64,000 bases of DNA, taken from contig CAZNSO010000005.1 in assembly GCA_964575805.1 (NCBI GenBank), positions 21,818 to 85,817 on the forward strand, written 5' to 3'. This document shows, piece after piece, positions 9,143 through 19,343 of the stretch. Below the pieces are notes generated by a model. That model worked only from the letters and a program-made list of their open reading frames with translations. It was not told where the DNA came from and did not search any database. The translations under genes and the position numbers were made by a program. This stretch comes from an uncultured Desulfobacteraceae bacterium. Its GTDB lineage: Bacteria > Desulfobacterota > Desulfobacteria > Desulfobacterales > Desulfosalsimonadaceae. Each line of letters opens with the position of its first letter. The stretch's first letter is position 1.

Positions 9143-9545
9143 GTTGATCGACCATACGGCGGACATCGGTATTGCCGTCACGGCGGACTCCATGGAAGCG
9201 CTTTTTGAAACCGCCGCGCACGCCATGTTTGAGCAGATTACCGACATTCGAACCCTGAGCGGTTCCATGAAAACCCGTTTGACCATCACCGGCATTGACC
9301 GGGAGGACCTGATGATCAACTGGCTCCGGGAGCTCTTGTTTCTCTGGAACGGCCGCGAATACCTGCTCAAACAGGCAAGGATGGAAAAAATCACGGACAC
9401 CGGCTTGACCGCCAGGGTCTGGTATGATTCATTTGACAGACAGACCCATGAAATTCTTACGGATATCAAGGCGGTCACCTACCACGGCATCCGCGTGGAA
9501 AAAACCGATGCCGGGTGGAAGGCAACGATTATATTTGATGTGTGA
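9132..9545 (+). CDS. archease (RtcB activator)
   Basis: Begins MPYELIDHTADIGIAV (archease N-terminal signature) and contains KAVTYHG. The ATG at 9132 overlaps the preceding gene's end by 11 nt. It lies immediately upstream of rtcB. Confidence 0.85.
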   Translation: MPYELIDHTADIGIAVTADSMEALFETAAHAMFEQITDIRTLSGSMKTRLTITGIDREDLMINWLRELLFLWNGREYLLKQARMEKITDTGLTARVWYDSFDRQTHEILTDIKAVTYHGIRVEKTDAGWKATIIFDV

Positions 9546-9571
9546 ATAAATGAAAGTGAGCAAAGAAAATT

Positions 9572-11005
9572 ATGGAACTGCTTCCGATTGACCCCTTTCG
9601 ATGGGAAATAAAAAAAACAGGTGCCATGCGGGTACCCGTGCGCATTTACTCGAGCCGCACCCTGATCGAGGCGGTCAAAAAAGATGAGACATTCCGGCAA
9701 CTGGTCAATGTCGCCCAACTGCCGGGAATCCTGACCGCCGCCATGGCCATGCCGGATATGCATTGGGGCTATGGTTTTCCAATCGGCGGGGTGGCAGGTT
9801 TTGATTGCGTGGATGGCGTGATCTCCCCCGGGGGCGTCGGCTATGATATCAACTGTGGCGTGCGCCTGGCCGCCACCCGGCTCCTGGAGGAAGAAATTCA
9901 TCCCCACCTGGAAACCCTGGTGAACGCCCTTTACCGGAATATCCCCACCGGCGTGGGCGCCACGGGGCAGCTCAAGCTCTCCAACGCGGACTTGAAGCAG
10001 GTCTTGAAACTGGGCAGCCCCTGGGTGGTTTCCAGGGAATACGGTGAGGCCACGGATATCGAGCGTACCGAAGACCAGGGCTGCATGGCGGATGCCGATC
10101 CGGCGGCGGTCAGCCAGAAAGCCCTTGATCGGGGCCGCAAACAACTGGGCACCCTGGGATCGGGCAACCATTTCCTTGAAATCGGGGTTGTGGAGGAAAT
10201 TCATGATCCGGAGGCGGCAGACGCCTTCGGTCTGGCCAGGGGCCGCATCACGCTCCTGCTGCACACCGGCTCCCGGGGGCTCGGGCATCAAACCTGCGAT
10301 GATTTTCTGGCCGCCATGACCCGGAAACTGAACACCAGCGGCGTGTCCCTGCCGGACCGGCAGCTGGTGCACGCCCCCGTCAGCTCTTCGGCCGGCCGGC
10401 AATATTACCAGGCCATGGCTTGTGCGGCCAATTTTGCCTGGGCCAACCGGCAGGTCCTGCTTCACAACGCCAGGCAGACCTTTCAGCAGGTGCTGGGCAT
10501 CGGTCCGCGGGACCTCGGGATGCGCCAAGTCTATGATGTCTGCCACAATATCGCCAAATTCGAACAGCACACAATTGATGGGGAGCCAAAACGCCTCTGC
10601 ATTCACCGCAAAGGCGCCACTCGCGCCTTTCCCCCGGGGCATCCGGATCTGTGCGCCGACTTTCAAAAAACCGGCCAGCCGATACTGATTCCCGGAGACA
10701 TGGGGACGGCCTCTTATGTATTGGCCGGCACGCATCGGGCCATGGATGAAACATTCGGCTCCACCTGCCATGGGGCCGGCCGCATGTTGAGCCGGAAAGC
10801 CGCCAAAAAATCGGCGAAAGGCCGGTCACTTGAAAAGGAACTGGCTGAAAAAGGCGTTATCACCAGATGGTCGGGCAAATCCACACTTGCAGAAGAGATG
10901 CCTGAAGCTTATAAGGATGTCACCGAGGTGGTCCACGCCGTGGAAGGCTCAGGGATATCGAAAATAGTGGCAAAACTGAGGCCCATAGCGGTAATAAAGG
11001 GATAA
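9572..11005 (+). CDS. rtcB: RNA 3'-phosphate/5'-OH ligase RtcB (long archaeal/eukaryal-like form, 477 aa)
   Basis: Has PDMHWGYGFPIGG, GGVGYDINCGVRL, GSGNHFLE, HTGSRGLG and CHGAGR. Confidence 0.92.
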   Translation: MELLPIDPFRWEIKKTGAMRVPVRIYSSRTLIEAVKKDETFRQLVNVAQLPGILTAAMAMPDMHWGYGFPIGGVAGFDCVDGVISPGGVGYDINCGVRLAATRLLEEEIHPHLETLVNALYRNIPTGVGATGQLKLSNADLKQVLKLGSPWVVSREYGEATDIERTEDQGCMADADPAAVSQKALDRGRKQLGTLGSGNHFLEIGVVEEIHDPEAADAFGLARGRITLLLHTGSRGLGHQTCDDFLAAMTRKLNTSGVSLPDRQLVHAPVSSSAGRQYYQAMACAANFAWANRQVLLHNARQTFQQVLGIGPRDLGMRQVYDVCHNIAKFEQHTIDGEPKRLCIHRKGATRAFPPGHPDLCADFQKTGQPILIPGDMGTASYVLAGTHRAMDETFGSTCHGAGRMLSRKAAKKSAKGRSLEKELAEKGVITRWSGKSTLAEEMPEAYKDVTEVVHAVEGSGISKIVAKLRPIAVIKG

Positions 11006-11044
11006 ACGCTTAACCCAGGGTAAGGAAAGACGAAGGAGATATAA

Positions 11045-12400
11045 ATGGATCCGGATATTTTCAGGGAGTACGATATCAGGGGAATCGTCAATGAGCAGAT
11101 TGACGATGCGGATGTTTATTTACTGGGGCGGGGTATCGGCACTTACTTTGTGGCAAACGGCTGCCGCAACATCAGCCTGGGACGGGACTGCCGGCTGAGT
11201 TCCGAGCGCTTTGCCGAACAGCTGCTCCAGGGCCTGATCGTCTCCGGCTGTCATATCACCGACATCGGAATCTGCCCCACGCCGGTGCTCTATTATTCAA
11301 TCCGCCATTTCGGCCTGGAGGGGGGCGTGATGGTCACAGCCAGTCACAATCCGCCTGAATATAATGGGTTCAAGATATGCCTGGGAACGGATTCCGTTCA
11401 TGGCCGGGAGTTGCAAAAAATCCGGGAAATCATTGACGAGCAGAGATTTGCCGAAGGGGTGGGCGGCCGGCAGGAGGATGACGGGGTATCGCCCTACACG
11501 GAATATGTTGTCAGCAACATAGAGATTCCCCGGCGAATTCGAGTCGGACTGGATGCCGGCAACGGCACCGCGGGGGTAGTGGCCGCCCCGCTGCTGCGCC
11601 GCCTGAACTGCGAGGTTCATGAACTCTACTGTGAAATGGACGGCCATTTTCCCAACCACGAGGCCGACCCCACGGTGGAAGCCAACCTTAAGGACCTGAT
11701 CGGGCTGGTAAAAGAAAAAGAGCTGGACATCGGCATCGGCTATGACGGGGACGGGGACCGGATCGGGGTTATTGATGAGAAGGGCCGCATCATCTACGGC
11801 GATCAGTTGATGATCATTTTCTCCCGCGAAATCCTCTCCCGCAAGCCGGGCGCCACCTTTATCTCCGAGGTGAAATGCTCGAAGACCATGTATGATGACA
11901 TTGAAAAAAATGGCGGACGGGCCGTCATGTGGAAAACCGGGCACTCCCTGATAAAAGAGAAAATGAAAGCCGAAGCGGCGGAACTGGCGGGTGAAATGAG
12001 CGGGCACATGTTCTTTGCCGATCGGTATTTCGGCTATGACGATGCTGTTTATGCCTCCTGCCGCATCATTGAAATCATTTCGCGGACGGGCCAGTCCGTT
12101 TCCGAGCTGCTCGCGGACGTCCCGCCGACGTTCAGCACCCCGGAAATCCGGGTGGAATGCCCGGATCATAAAAAATTCAGGATAGTGGAAAAACTTACCC
12201 GGGATTTTCAAAAACAATACAATGTCATTGATATTGACGGAGCCCGTATTGTATTTGATGATGGGTGGGGTCTTGTCCGCGCATCCAATACCCAGCCGGC
12301 ACTGGTGCTCCGGTTTGAAGCACTCTCACAGGCCCGCCTGGATGAAATCCGCCATATGGTGGAATCCCGGCTGGCCGAAATCCAGGGAACGATTGATTAA
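11045..12400 (+). CDS. phosphomannomutase/phosphoglucomutase (alpha-D-phosphohexomutase)
   Basis: Has the active-site Ser loop TASHNPPEYNGFK, the metal loop GYDGDGDR and the sugar loop GEMSGH. Confidence 0.85.
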   Translation: MDPDIFREYDIRGIVNEQIDDADVYLLGRGIGTYFVANGCRNISLGRDCRLSSERFAEQLLQGLIVSGCHITDIGICPTPVLYYSIRHFGLEGGVMVTASHNPPEYNGFKICLGTDSVHGRELQKIREIIDEQRFAEGVGGRQEDDGVSPYTEYVVSNIEIPRRIRVGLDAGNGTAGVVAAPLLRRLNCEVHELYCEMDGHFPNHEADPTVEANLKDLIGLVKEKELDIGIGYDGDGDRIGVIDEKGRIIYGDQLMIIFSREILSRKPGATFISEVKCSKTMYDDIEKNGGRAVMWKTGHSLIKEKMKAEAAELAGEMSGHMFFADRYFGYDDAVYASCRIIEIISRTGQSVSELLADVPPTFSTPEIRVECPDHKKFRIVEKLTRDFQKQYNVIDIDGARIVFDDGWGLVRASNTQPALVLRFEALSQARLDEIRHMVESRLAEIQGTID

Positions 12401-12574
12401 TCTATGCCCATCATGCGGGCATCATCGGCGATTGCAAGGGGTGGCATTTTTTTTCTTTTTGACTGCATTTATTTCTTGACGTGTTCAACCGGATTCGGCA
12501 GAGCAATGATGTCAAGCCCTTGTCATCAAGAGAGGCGGCCACCAGGTGTTTTCTGAAAACTAACAGGAGCTCCC

Positions 12575-14158
12575 ATGAAAGTCTTAATCAGCGACAATCT
12601 CGGACAAGCCGGCATTGATCTTTTTGAAGAAGCCCCCGGCATTGAAGTGGACGTGAAAACCGGTTTAACGCCGGAGGAACTGAAAACAGCGATCAGGGAC
12701 TATGAGGCCCTGGTCATCCGGAGCGCCACCAAGGTCACCGCTGACCTTCTGGAGAATGCCAGCAAGCTGAAAGTGGTGGGCCGCGCGGGCATCGGTCTGG
12801 ACAACGTGGATATCCCGGCCGCCACCAAAAAGGGGGTCGTGGTCATGAACACCCCCGGCGGCAACGTGGTGACAACCGCCGAGCACACCATCGCCCTGAT
12901 GATGAGCATGACCCGCAATATCCCGCAGGGGACGGCCTCGCTTAAAGCCGGCCGGTGGGACAAGAAAAAACTGCAGGGCCGCGAGATCATGAACAAGACC
13001 CTGGGGCTGATCGGCTACGGCAAAATCGGGTCCGTGGTGGCTGATCGCGCCCGCGGGCTCAAGATGCGGGTGCTGGTATACGACCCCGTGGTCCAGCCAG
13101 ACACAATTGAGAAGAAGGGGTTTGAGCCGGTCACCCTGGAGACGCTCTATCAGAATGCCGACTACATCACCGTCCACGTGCCAAAAAGCAAAAATACCGA
13201 AAGGCTGCTCAATGCCGCCGCCTTTGAAAAAATGAAGCCCGGCGTCATGATCATCAACTGCGCCCGGGGCGGGATCGTGGACGAAGGGGCTTTAACAGCG
13301 GCCCTGGAATCCGGGAAGGTGGCAGGGGCCGCGCTTGATGTCTTTGAAACCGAACCGCCCCCTTCCGAGCATCCGCTGCTGGCCATGGAAAACGTGGTGG
13401 TCACGCCCCACCTGGGCGCTTCCACCATGGAAGCGCAGACCAATGTCGCCGTGGCGGTCGCCCACCAAATTATCGAATACCTGAGCCGCAACAATATTAT
13501 CAACGCCGTCAACGTGCCCTCGATTCCGGGGCAGCTTCTGGAGAAACTCAAGCCCTTTCTCTACCTGGCCGACCGAATGGGCTCCATGATGGCGCAATAC
13601 AGCGCCGGCCAGTTAAAAGAAGTCCGGATTGAATACGCCGGCGATTTCCAGGATATGGACATGTCCCCGGTAACCACGGCTTTTCTGAAAGGGCTGCTCG
13701 ATGCCCTGGTCCCGGGTGAAGTCAACGCGGTCAATGCCCCTGTGCTGGCCAGAGAAAAAGGCATCAAGGTGTCGGAGAGCAGCAGCCTGGAATCCGAGGA
13801 ATTCACCAATTTCATCACCGGTTATGTGACTTCCACGGAAGATGAACACAGCGTTTCCGGAACGGTTTTCAGTAAAAGGGATGCACGAATTGTAAGAATC
13901 GATGATTTCCGGATTGAAATTGTTCCGGAAGGCCATCTGGCCCTTATTCACAACCTGGATGAACCCGGGGCCATCGGCAGTATCGGCAACACCCTGGGCG
14001 AAAACGGCCTGAACATATCCAGAATGCAGGTGGGCCGGGAAGCCAGCGGGGAAAACAATATCATCCTGATTCGAACCGACACCCCGATAAGCGAGGAAGC
14101 GGCTGAAAAAATAAAAGCCCTGCCCAAAGTCAAAAACATGAAACTCTTTGAACTGTAA
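12575..14158 (+). CDS. serA: D-3-phosphoglycerate dehydrogenase (long form with ASB/ACT domains)
   Basis: 527 aa with GRAGIGLDNVD, the NAD-binding loop GLIGYGKIGS, CARGG and a C-terminal ACT-like tail. Confidence 0.9.
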   Translation: MKVLISDNLGQAGIDLFEEAPGIEVDVKTGLTPEELKTAIRDYEALVIRSATKVTADLLENASKLKVVGRAGIGLDNVDIPAATKKGVVVMNTPGGNVVTTAEHTIALMMSMTRNIPQGTASLKAGRWDKKKLQGREIMNKTLGLIGYGKIGSVVADRARGLKMRVLVYDPVVQPDTIEKKGFEPVTLETLYQNADYITVHVPKSKNTERLLNAAAFEKMKPGVMIINCARGGIVDEGALTAALESGKVAGAALDVFETEPPPSEHPLLAMENVVVTPHLGASTMEAQTNVAVAVAHQIIEYLSRNNIINAVNVPSIPGQLLEKLKPFLYLADRMGSMMAQYSAGQLKEVRIEYAGDFQDMDMSPVTTAFLKGLLDALVPGEVNAVNAPVLAREKGIKVSESSSLESEEFTNFITGYVTSTEDEHSVSGTVFSKRDARIVRIDDFRIEIVPEGHLALIHNLDEPGAIGSIGNTLGENGLNISRMQVGREASGENNIILIRTDTPISEEAAEKIKALPKVKNMKLFEL

Positions 14159-14177
14159 GCAATCACGAGGTTAAAAA

Positions 14178-14510
14178 ATGTCAGGCGAAAACCATGAGGG
14201 GACGAACGGCCAAAACACGGGGGCTGAAGCCCAAAACCGGGCTTCAGCTGCATGGCCTGAAATCAATTTTTCAACCTTTATTCTTTCCTTGAACTCCTCG
14301 GCCCTTGTTCACCTTGGCCTGGAGGCGGACCCATCCACCGGAGACCGGCTGACCAACCTGCCGCTTGCCAAGCAGACGATCGACATACTGGCCATGCTGG
14401 CAGATAAAACCTCCGGAAATTTAAGTGAAGACGAGCGGCGCCTCTTGACAAACATCGTATATGAATTACGTCTAATGTATGTCAAACAAAAGGAGAGCGG
14501 CTCAACTTGA
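14178..14510 (+). CDS. DUF1844 domain protein
   Basis: Shows the characteristic INFSTFILSLNSSALVHLG...AKQTIDILAML..KT.GNL pattern as I recall the family. Small ORF packed between serA and degP. Confidence 0.7.
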   Translation: MSGENHEGTNGQNTGAEAQNRASAAWPEINFSTFILSLNSSALVHLGLEADPSTGDRLTNLPLAKQTIDILAMLADKTSGNLSEDERRLLTNIVYELRLMYVKQKESGST

Positions 14511-14553
14511 ATTAATCTGCCACTTAAATGATAACCAAAAGGAGATCCGATCC

Positions 14554-16026
14554 ATGCCAAAAATCTTTTTTCCCCACGCTGTGGGGATCCGTTCGGTTGT
14601 CGTCTTTCTGCTCGCACTGGCGCTGCTTGCCGTGGGGCCCAATGAATCCGAAAGTGCGGCCGCAGGCGCCAAGCCCGGGAAAACCGCTTTTGCCCCGCAC
14701 AGTTTTACGGAACTGGCCGAAAGCGCAAGCTCCGCAGTGGTCAATATTCGCACAGTCAAAACCGTCGAGGGCGGCGGACGGGTATTCCGCCACTTTTTCC
14801 AGGGGCCTGAGGGCCCGGGCGGCGGACGCGACGACATGTTCGAGCAGTTCTTCAGAAAATTCTTCAATGAAGACCCCCGGGAGTTCAAACAAAAAAGCCT
14901 TGGCACGGGCTTTATCCTCGACGAGGAAGGCTATATTGTCACCAACCACCATGTCATAAAAAATGCCGATGAAATCCGGGTCAAGCTGAAAAGCGGCGAG
15001 GAATATGACGCCCGGATAGAGGGCACGGATGCCACAACGGATCTTGCCCTGATTAAAATCGAGGCGGACGGGGATCTGCCCACCCTTGAAATGGGCAATT
15101 CCGATAAGCTTAAAATCGGTCAGTGGATTATCGCCATCGGCAACCCTTTTGGGCTGGAGCACACCGTGACCGCCGGCATTATCAGCGCAAAAGGCCGGGT
15201 CATCGGGGCCGGGCCTTATGATGATTTCATCCAGACGGATGCCTCCATTAACCCGGGAAATTCCGGCGGCCCCCTGATCAACATGGACGGTGAAGTCGTC
15301 GGCATCAGCACCGCCATTGTCGCCGGCGGGACCGGTATCGGATTCGCCATTCCGATAACCATGGCCAAGGATATCATCGAGCAGTTGAAACAAACCGGGG
15401 AAGTGACCAGGGGCTGGCTCGGCGTGGGCATCCAGGACCTCGACGAAGACCTGAAGGATTACTACGGAGTCGAGCACGGTGTCCTGGTGACGCAGGTGTT
15501 CTCCGGCGACCCTGCTGATCAGGCCGGCATCCAGCCCCAGGACGTCATCCTTGCGGTAAACGGAACCTCGGTGGATTCAGCGCGCGAGCTGTCAAAAGTG
15601 GTTGCCGATCTATCCGTCGGGGAAACAGCTGAAATCAAAATCAACCGAAAAGGCGAAATAAAAACGCTGGAGGTCAAAATCGCCAAACGGGACGAAAGCC
15701 GCCTGGCCTCCGGACCGGAGGGCTCTGAAGCGCCCTCGTCGGCGGACGCTCTTGGGATAGAAGTCTCCGACATCTCGGAAAATATAGCCAATCGTTTCGA
15801 TCTGGCCTCCCGCGACGGGGTCATTGTCGTCAACGTGGCGGCTGACAGCAAGGCAGCCAGCGCCGGTATCCGGCAGGGGGATATCATCAAGGAGATCAAT
15901 CACCAGCCGGTCAATTCGAAAGCTGATTATGAATCCGCCATCAGTGAGATTGACAAGGGCGAGACCATTTACTTCTACATTAAACGGGCCCAGCGCGGGT
16001 ATGTGGTTATCCGATTAAACAAGTAA
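14554..16026 (+). CDS. degP: Do/DegP/HtrA-family periplasmic serine endoprotease with two PDZ domains
   Basis: ATG at 14554 is preceded by AAGGAG (14539-14544). Has a signal-like N-terminus, the catalytic Ser loop GNSGGPL, TNHHV and DLALIK, plus two PDZ-like repeats. Confidence 0.88.
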   Translation: MPKIFFPHAVGIRSVVVFLLALALLAVGPNESESAAAGAKPGKTAFAPHSFTELAESASSAVVNIRTVKTVEGGGRVFRHFFQGPEGPGGGRDDMFEQFFRKFFNEDPREFKQKSLGTGFILDEEGYIVTNHHVIKNADEIRVKLKSGEEYDARIEGTDATTDLALIKIEADGDLPTLEMGNSDKLKIGQWIIAIGNPFGLEHTVTAGIISAKGRVIGAGPYDDFIQTDASINPGNSGGPLINMDGEVVGISTAIVAGGTGIGFAIPITMAKDIIEQLKQTGEVTRGWLGVGIQDLDEDLKDYYGVEHGVLVTQVFSGDPADQAGIQPQDVILAVNGTSVDSARELSKVVADLSVGETAEIKINRKGEIKTLEVKIAKRDESRLASGPEGSEAPSSADALGIEVSDISENIANRFDLASRDGVIVVNVAADSKAASAGIRQGDIIKEINHQPVNSKADYESAISEIDKGETIYFYIKRAQRGYVVIRLNK

Positions 16027-16049
16027 AGGGTCAGGATATATGAACTTTG

Positions 16050-16898
16050 ATGGAAATCGTTTCTTTTGCAAAGATCAACCTGTACCTTGAAATCTTAGGC
16101 AAACGGCCGGACGGGTATCACGAGCTGATCACGCTGATGTGCTGTATTGATCTGGCTGATACCCTCCGGCTTCAATTTGACACCCCCGCCAACCGTATCA
16201 CCTGTGCCCATCCGCAGGTGCCGGAGGATGATTCCAACCTCGCCCTGAAGGCCGCCGGACACTTTTTTCATGCCACGGGGACAGAGGGGCACATAGATAT
16301 TTCCATCGAAAAAAACATCCCGGTGGGCGCCGGCCTCGGCGGGGGCAGCAGCAATGCCGCAGCGGTGCTGCAAGCGTTGAACCGCCACCACCAGTACCCC
16401 TTGTCCGCGGCCGCGCTCATGGAAACAGCCCGGAAAATAGGGGCGGATGTACCCTTTTTCATTGAGGGCCGCCCGGCCCTGGCGACCGGTATCGGTGACC
16501 GCCTCAGCGCGTGCCCCCGCCTTCCTGACCTCCCTGTTGTGCTGATTTATCCGGGAACGCCCGTTTCCACCGCGGATGTCTATCGAAAGTTGAATTTTGG
16601 ATTGACAAAAACCCAAAAAATCAATACAAAAAGTATTTTTAGGCATATTCGGGAAAAAAATTTAGCCGGCCTGCTTTACAATGATCTCGAGGCGGCGGCG
16701 TTTGAGATAAATCCGGAAATTGCCGCGGCCAAGTCCGCTTTAATGGAGAAAGGGGCCGATGCCGCCCTGATGACAGGAAGCGGGTCAGCCGTATTCGGTA
16801 TTTTTCCGGACCGGAAAAGTGCCTGCAGCGCTTGTTCCGATGTCAAGGGAATCAGCGGACAATGGAAGGTTCTTACTTCCCGGTTAAAGGTCTGCTGA
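16050..16898 (+). CDS. ispE: 4-diphosphocytidyl-2-C-methyl-D-erythritol kinase
   Basis: Has AKINLYLEILGKRPDGYHEL and the GHMP kinase motif PVGAGLGGGSSNAAAVL. Confidence 0.9.
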   Translation: MEIVSFAKINLYLEILGKRPDGYHELITLMCCIDLADTLRLQFDTPANRITCAHPQVPEDDSNLALKAAGHFFHATGTEGHIDISIEKNIPVGAGLGGGSSNAAAVLQALNRHHQYPLSAAALMETARKIGADVPFFIEGRPALATGIGDRLSACPRLPDLPVVLIYPGTPVSTADVYRKLNFGLTKTQKINTKSIFRHIREKNLAGLLYNDLEAAAFEINPEIAAAKSALMEKGADAALMTGSGSAVFGIFPDRKSACSACSDVKGISGQWKVLTSRLKVC

Positions 16899-16929
16899 AA
16901 ACTTAAATCAAACAGCTCAACGGTCTTGC

Positions 16930-17004
16930 TGGGGCGTCGTCAAGTGGTAAGACACAGGATTTTGGTTCCTGCATTCGGAGGTTCGAATCCTCCCGCCCCA
17001 GCCA
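16930..17004 (+). tRNA. tRNA-Gln (anticodon TTG)
   Basis: Cloverleaf read by eye: acceptor stem TGGGGCG/CGCCCCA, anticodon stem CAGGA/TCCTG with loop TTTTGGT (TTG), T-arm GGTTCGAATCC and an encoded CCA. It sits in an ispE-tRNA-prs-rplY-pth arrangement, which I recall from memory as a gene order seen in other bacteria. Confidence 0.9.
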
Positions 17005-17032
17005 GTTGATTCAGCCAGCGAAACGAAGAATC

Positions 17033-17974
17033 ATGGAAAACGACTACATTATTTTTGCCGGCAACTCGAACCCGGACCTGTGCCGGGCCATCGCCGACTA
17101 CCTGAACCGGCCTTTGGGAGGGGCGGAGGTCAAGCGTTTCAGCGACGGGGAAATTCAAATCGAAATCCACGAAAACGTGCGGGCCAAAGACGTTTTTGTC
17201 ATTCAGTCAACCAGCAGCCCCGTCAATGACAACCTGATTGAACTGCTGCTGATGATCGACGCCTTCAAACGTTCATCCGCCAAACGGATTACGGCGGTGA
17301 TCCCCTATTTCGGCTATGCCCGGCAGGACAAAAAGGTCGCCCCCCGCGTTCCGATAAGCGCGAAACTGGTGGCGGATTTACTGACGACGGCCGGGGCCCA
17401 CCGCATTATTACGATGGATCTGCATGCCGGCCAGATCCAGGGGTTTTTCAATACACCGGTGGACAACCTTTTTGCCGCCCCGGTTCTTATCGAATACATG
17501 AAAAAGAATTTTGCCAACGACACGGTGATTGTCTCCCCGGATGCCGGGGGGGTGGAAAGGGCGCGCGCTTTTGCCAAGCGGCTTGAGGCCGGCCTTGCCA
17601 TTATTGACAAACGCCGCGATGCGCCGAATAAAGCCCGGGCCATGGCTGTTATCGGAGATGTAAAAGAAAAACGGGCCATTATTTTAGACGACATGGTGGA
17701 TACAGCCGGCACATTAACCCAGGCGGCCAATGCGGTCATGGAAAACGGCGCCAGTGAGGTGCATGCCTGCTGCACCCATGCCGTTCTTTCCGGCCCGGCC
17801 CTTGAACGAATCGCAAACTGCGCCCTGTCCACCATCGTGGCCACAGACACCATCGCACTTTCCGAGGGGGGCCGTTCATGCGATAAAATCAAGGTCCTCT
17901 CAATTGCCAGCCTGTTCGGCGAGGCGATTATCCGCAGCCACACCGGCGACTCCGTCACTTCTTTGTTTGTTTAG
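17033..17974 (+). CDS. prs: ribose-phosphate pyrophosphokinase
   Basis: Has [12 protein letters not shown], the PRPP-binding loop [11 protein letters not shown] and YFGYARQD. The ATG at 17033 lies just after the tRNA. Confidence 0.93.
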   Translation: MENDYIIFAGNSNPDLCRAIADYLNRPLGGAEVKRFSDGEIQIEIHENVRAKDVFVIQSTSSPVNDNLIELLLMIDAFKRSSAKRITAVIPYFGYARQDKKVAPRVPISAKLVADLLTTAGAHRIITMDLHAGQIQGFFNTPVDNLFAAPVLIEYMKKNFANDTVIVSPDAGGVERARAFAKRLEAGLAIIDKRRDAPNKARAMAVIGDVKEKRAIILDDMVDTAGTLTQAANAVMENGASEVHACCTHAVLSGPALERIANCALSTIVATDTIALSEGGRSCDKIKVLSIASLFGEAIIRSHTGDSVTSLFV

Positions 17975-18007
17975 AGATTCTCAACTTTTTAATGGAGGCA
18001 GAAAATA

Positions 18008-18676
18008 TTGGATCGACACCAAATTAACACCAAACCACGCGACAACACCGGCAAGGGTGCCGCCCGGCAGCTCCGCCGGGAGGGACAGATGCCGGCAATC
18101 TTATACGGCGCCAATATTGACAGCCGGCCATTAGCTGTCGATATCCACGACATGGAAGTGTTGCTCAATAAAGTCAGCCCCAGTCAGGCGCTGCTTGATC
18201 TTCAAATCGAAGGGGCCGGCGCAAGCGGCAAAAGCACCGTCATGATCAAGGAGCTGCAGATTGACCCGGTTAAATTCAAATATCTGCATGTGGATTTCTA
18301 CGAAGTCCGTATGGACCAGCAGATTTCCACAACCGTCCCGGTTGTGGCCACCGGAACATCCAAAGGCGTTGACGCAGGCGGGGTGCTGCAGATCATTCGC
18401 CGTGAGCTCGAAGTCAACTGCCTGCCGGGCGATATCCCGGAGCAGCTCGAAATCGATATCACGGATCTGGATGTGGGCGACTCCATCCATGTTGAAGACA
18501 TCGATCTGGGGGAAAAAATTCAGATCCCTTATGAAACCAACTTTACCATACTGACGGTGGTCAGCCCGGCCATGGAAAAAGAGGAGGAACCCGGCGCTGA
18601 AGAGATGGCCGAAGGGGAGGAAGCCGAGGCCGAAGGCGGCGGTGAAGCGGCCGGTGGCGAAACTGAAGAAGAATAG
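18008..18676 (+). CDS. rplY: 50S ribosomal protein L25/general stress protein Ctc
   Basis: TTG start; GKGAARQLRREGQMPAILYG; two-domain Ctc form with an acidic Glu/Ala/Gly tail. Confidence 0.88.
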   Translation: MDRHQINTKPRDNTGKGAARQLRREGQMPAILYGANIDSRPLAVDIHDMEVLLNKVSPSQALLDLQIEGAGASGKSTVMIKELQIDPVKFKYLHVDFYEVRMDQQISTTVPVVATGTSKGVDAGGVLQIIRRELEVNCLPGDIPEQLEIDITDLDVGDSIHVEDIDLGEKIQIPYETNFTILTVVSPAMEKEEEPGAEEMAEGEEAEAEGGGEAAGGETEEE

Positions 18677-18718
18677 ACTTGTACCGCGCACCATTGGCAA
18701 AACGGCTTTTACCCTGTC

Positions 18719-19294
18719 ATGACGGATGAACAATTCCCCTGGTTGATAGCCGGGCTGGGCAATCCCGGACGAAAATATGCCCGGTCCAGGCACAATGTCG
18801 GCTTTATGGCAATTGACCGGCTGGCCGAGGACTGCCGCGTGCCGGTCAACAGGAATAAATTCGATTCGGATTTCGGCAGGGGGAAAATCGAGGGCATGGA
18901 CACCGTTTTGCTCAAGCCCCTTTCCTACATGAATCGCAGCGGCCGCCCGATCAGCCGCATGGCCGCTTTTTTCAGGACACCGCTGGATCGCCTGCTGGTG
19001 ATCCATGACGATATTGATTTAGCTTATGGACAAATTAAAATTAAAGCGAAAGGAGGGCATGGAGGACACAATGGCTTGCGGTCAATTATCGATGCCGTTG
19101 GATGCGGGGATTTTCCCCGGTTAAAAATCGGTATCGGCCGGCCCGAGACACCGATGGAGATCACCGGCTACGTCCTCGGGAATTTTTCCGCCACTGAATG
19201 GCGGACGTTCGCACCGGTACTGGAAAATGCGGCAGAGGCTGTCCGAACAATCCTGAAGCATGGCATCCCGTCAGGCATGAACCGTTTCAATTAA
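18719..19294 (+). CDS. pth: peptidyl-tRNA hydrolase
   Basis: Has GLGNPGRKYARSRHNVGF and GGHGGHNGLRS. Confidence 0.92.
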   Translation: MTDEQFPWLIAGLGNPGRKYARSRHNVGFMAIDRLAEDCRVPVNRNKFDSDFGRGKIEGMDTVLLKPLSYMNRSGRPISRMAAFFRTPLDRLLVIHDDIDLAYGQIKIKAKGGHGGHNGLRSIIDAVGCGDFPRLKIGIGRPETPMEITGYVLGNFSATEWRTFAPVLENAAEAVRTILKHGIPSGMNRFN

Positions 19295-19343
19295 TGTTTT
19301 AAGAGGTTTATTTTTTTAACTACTCAGTTAAGGGAGGATTCAA

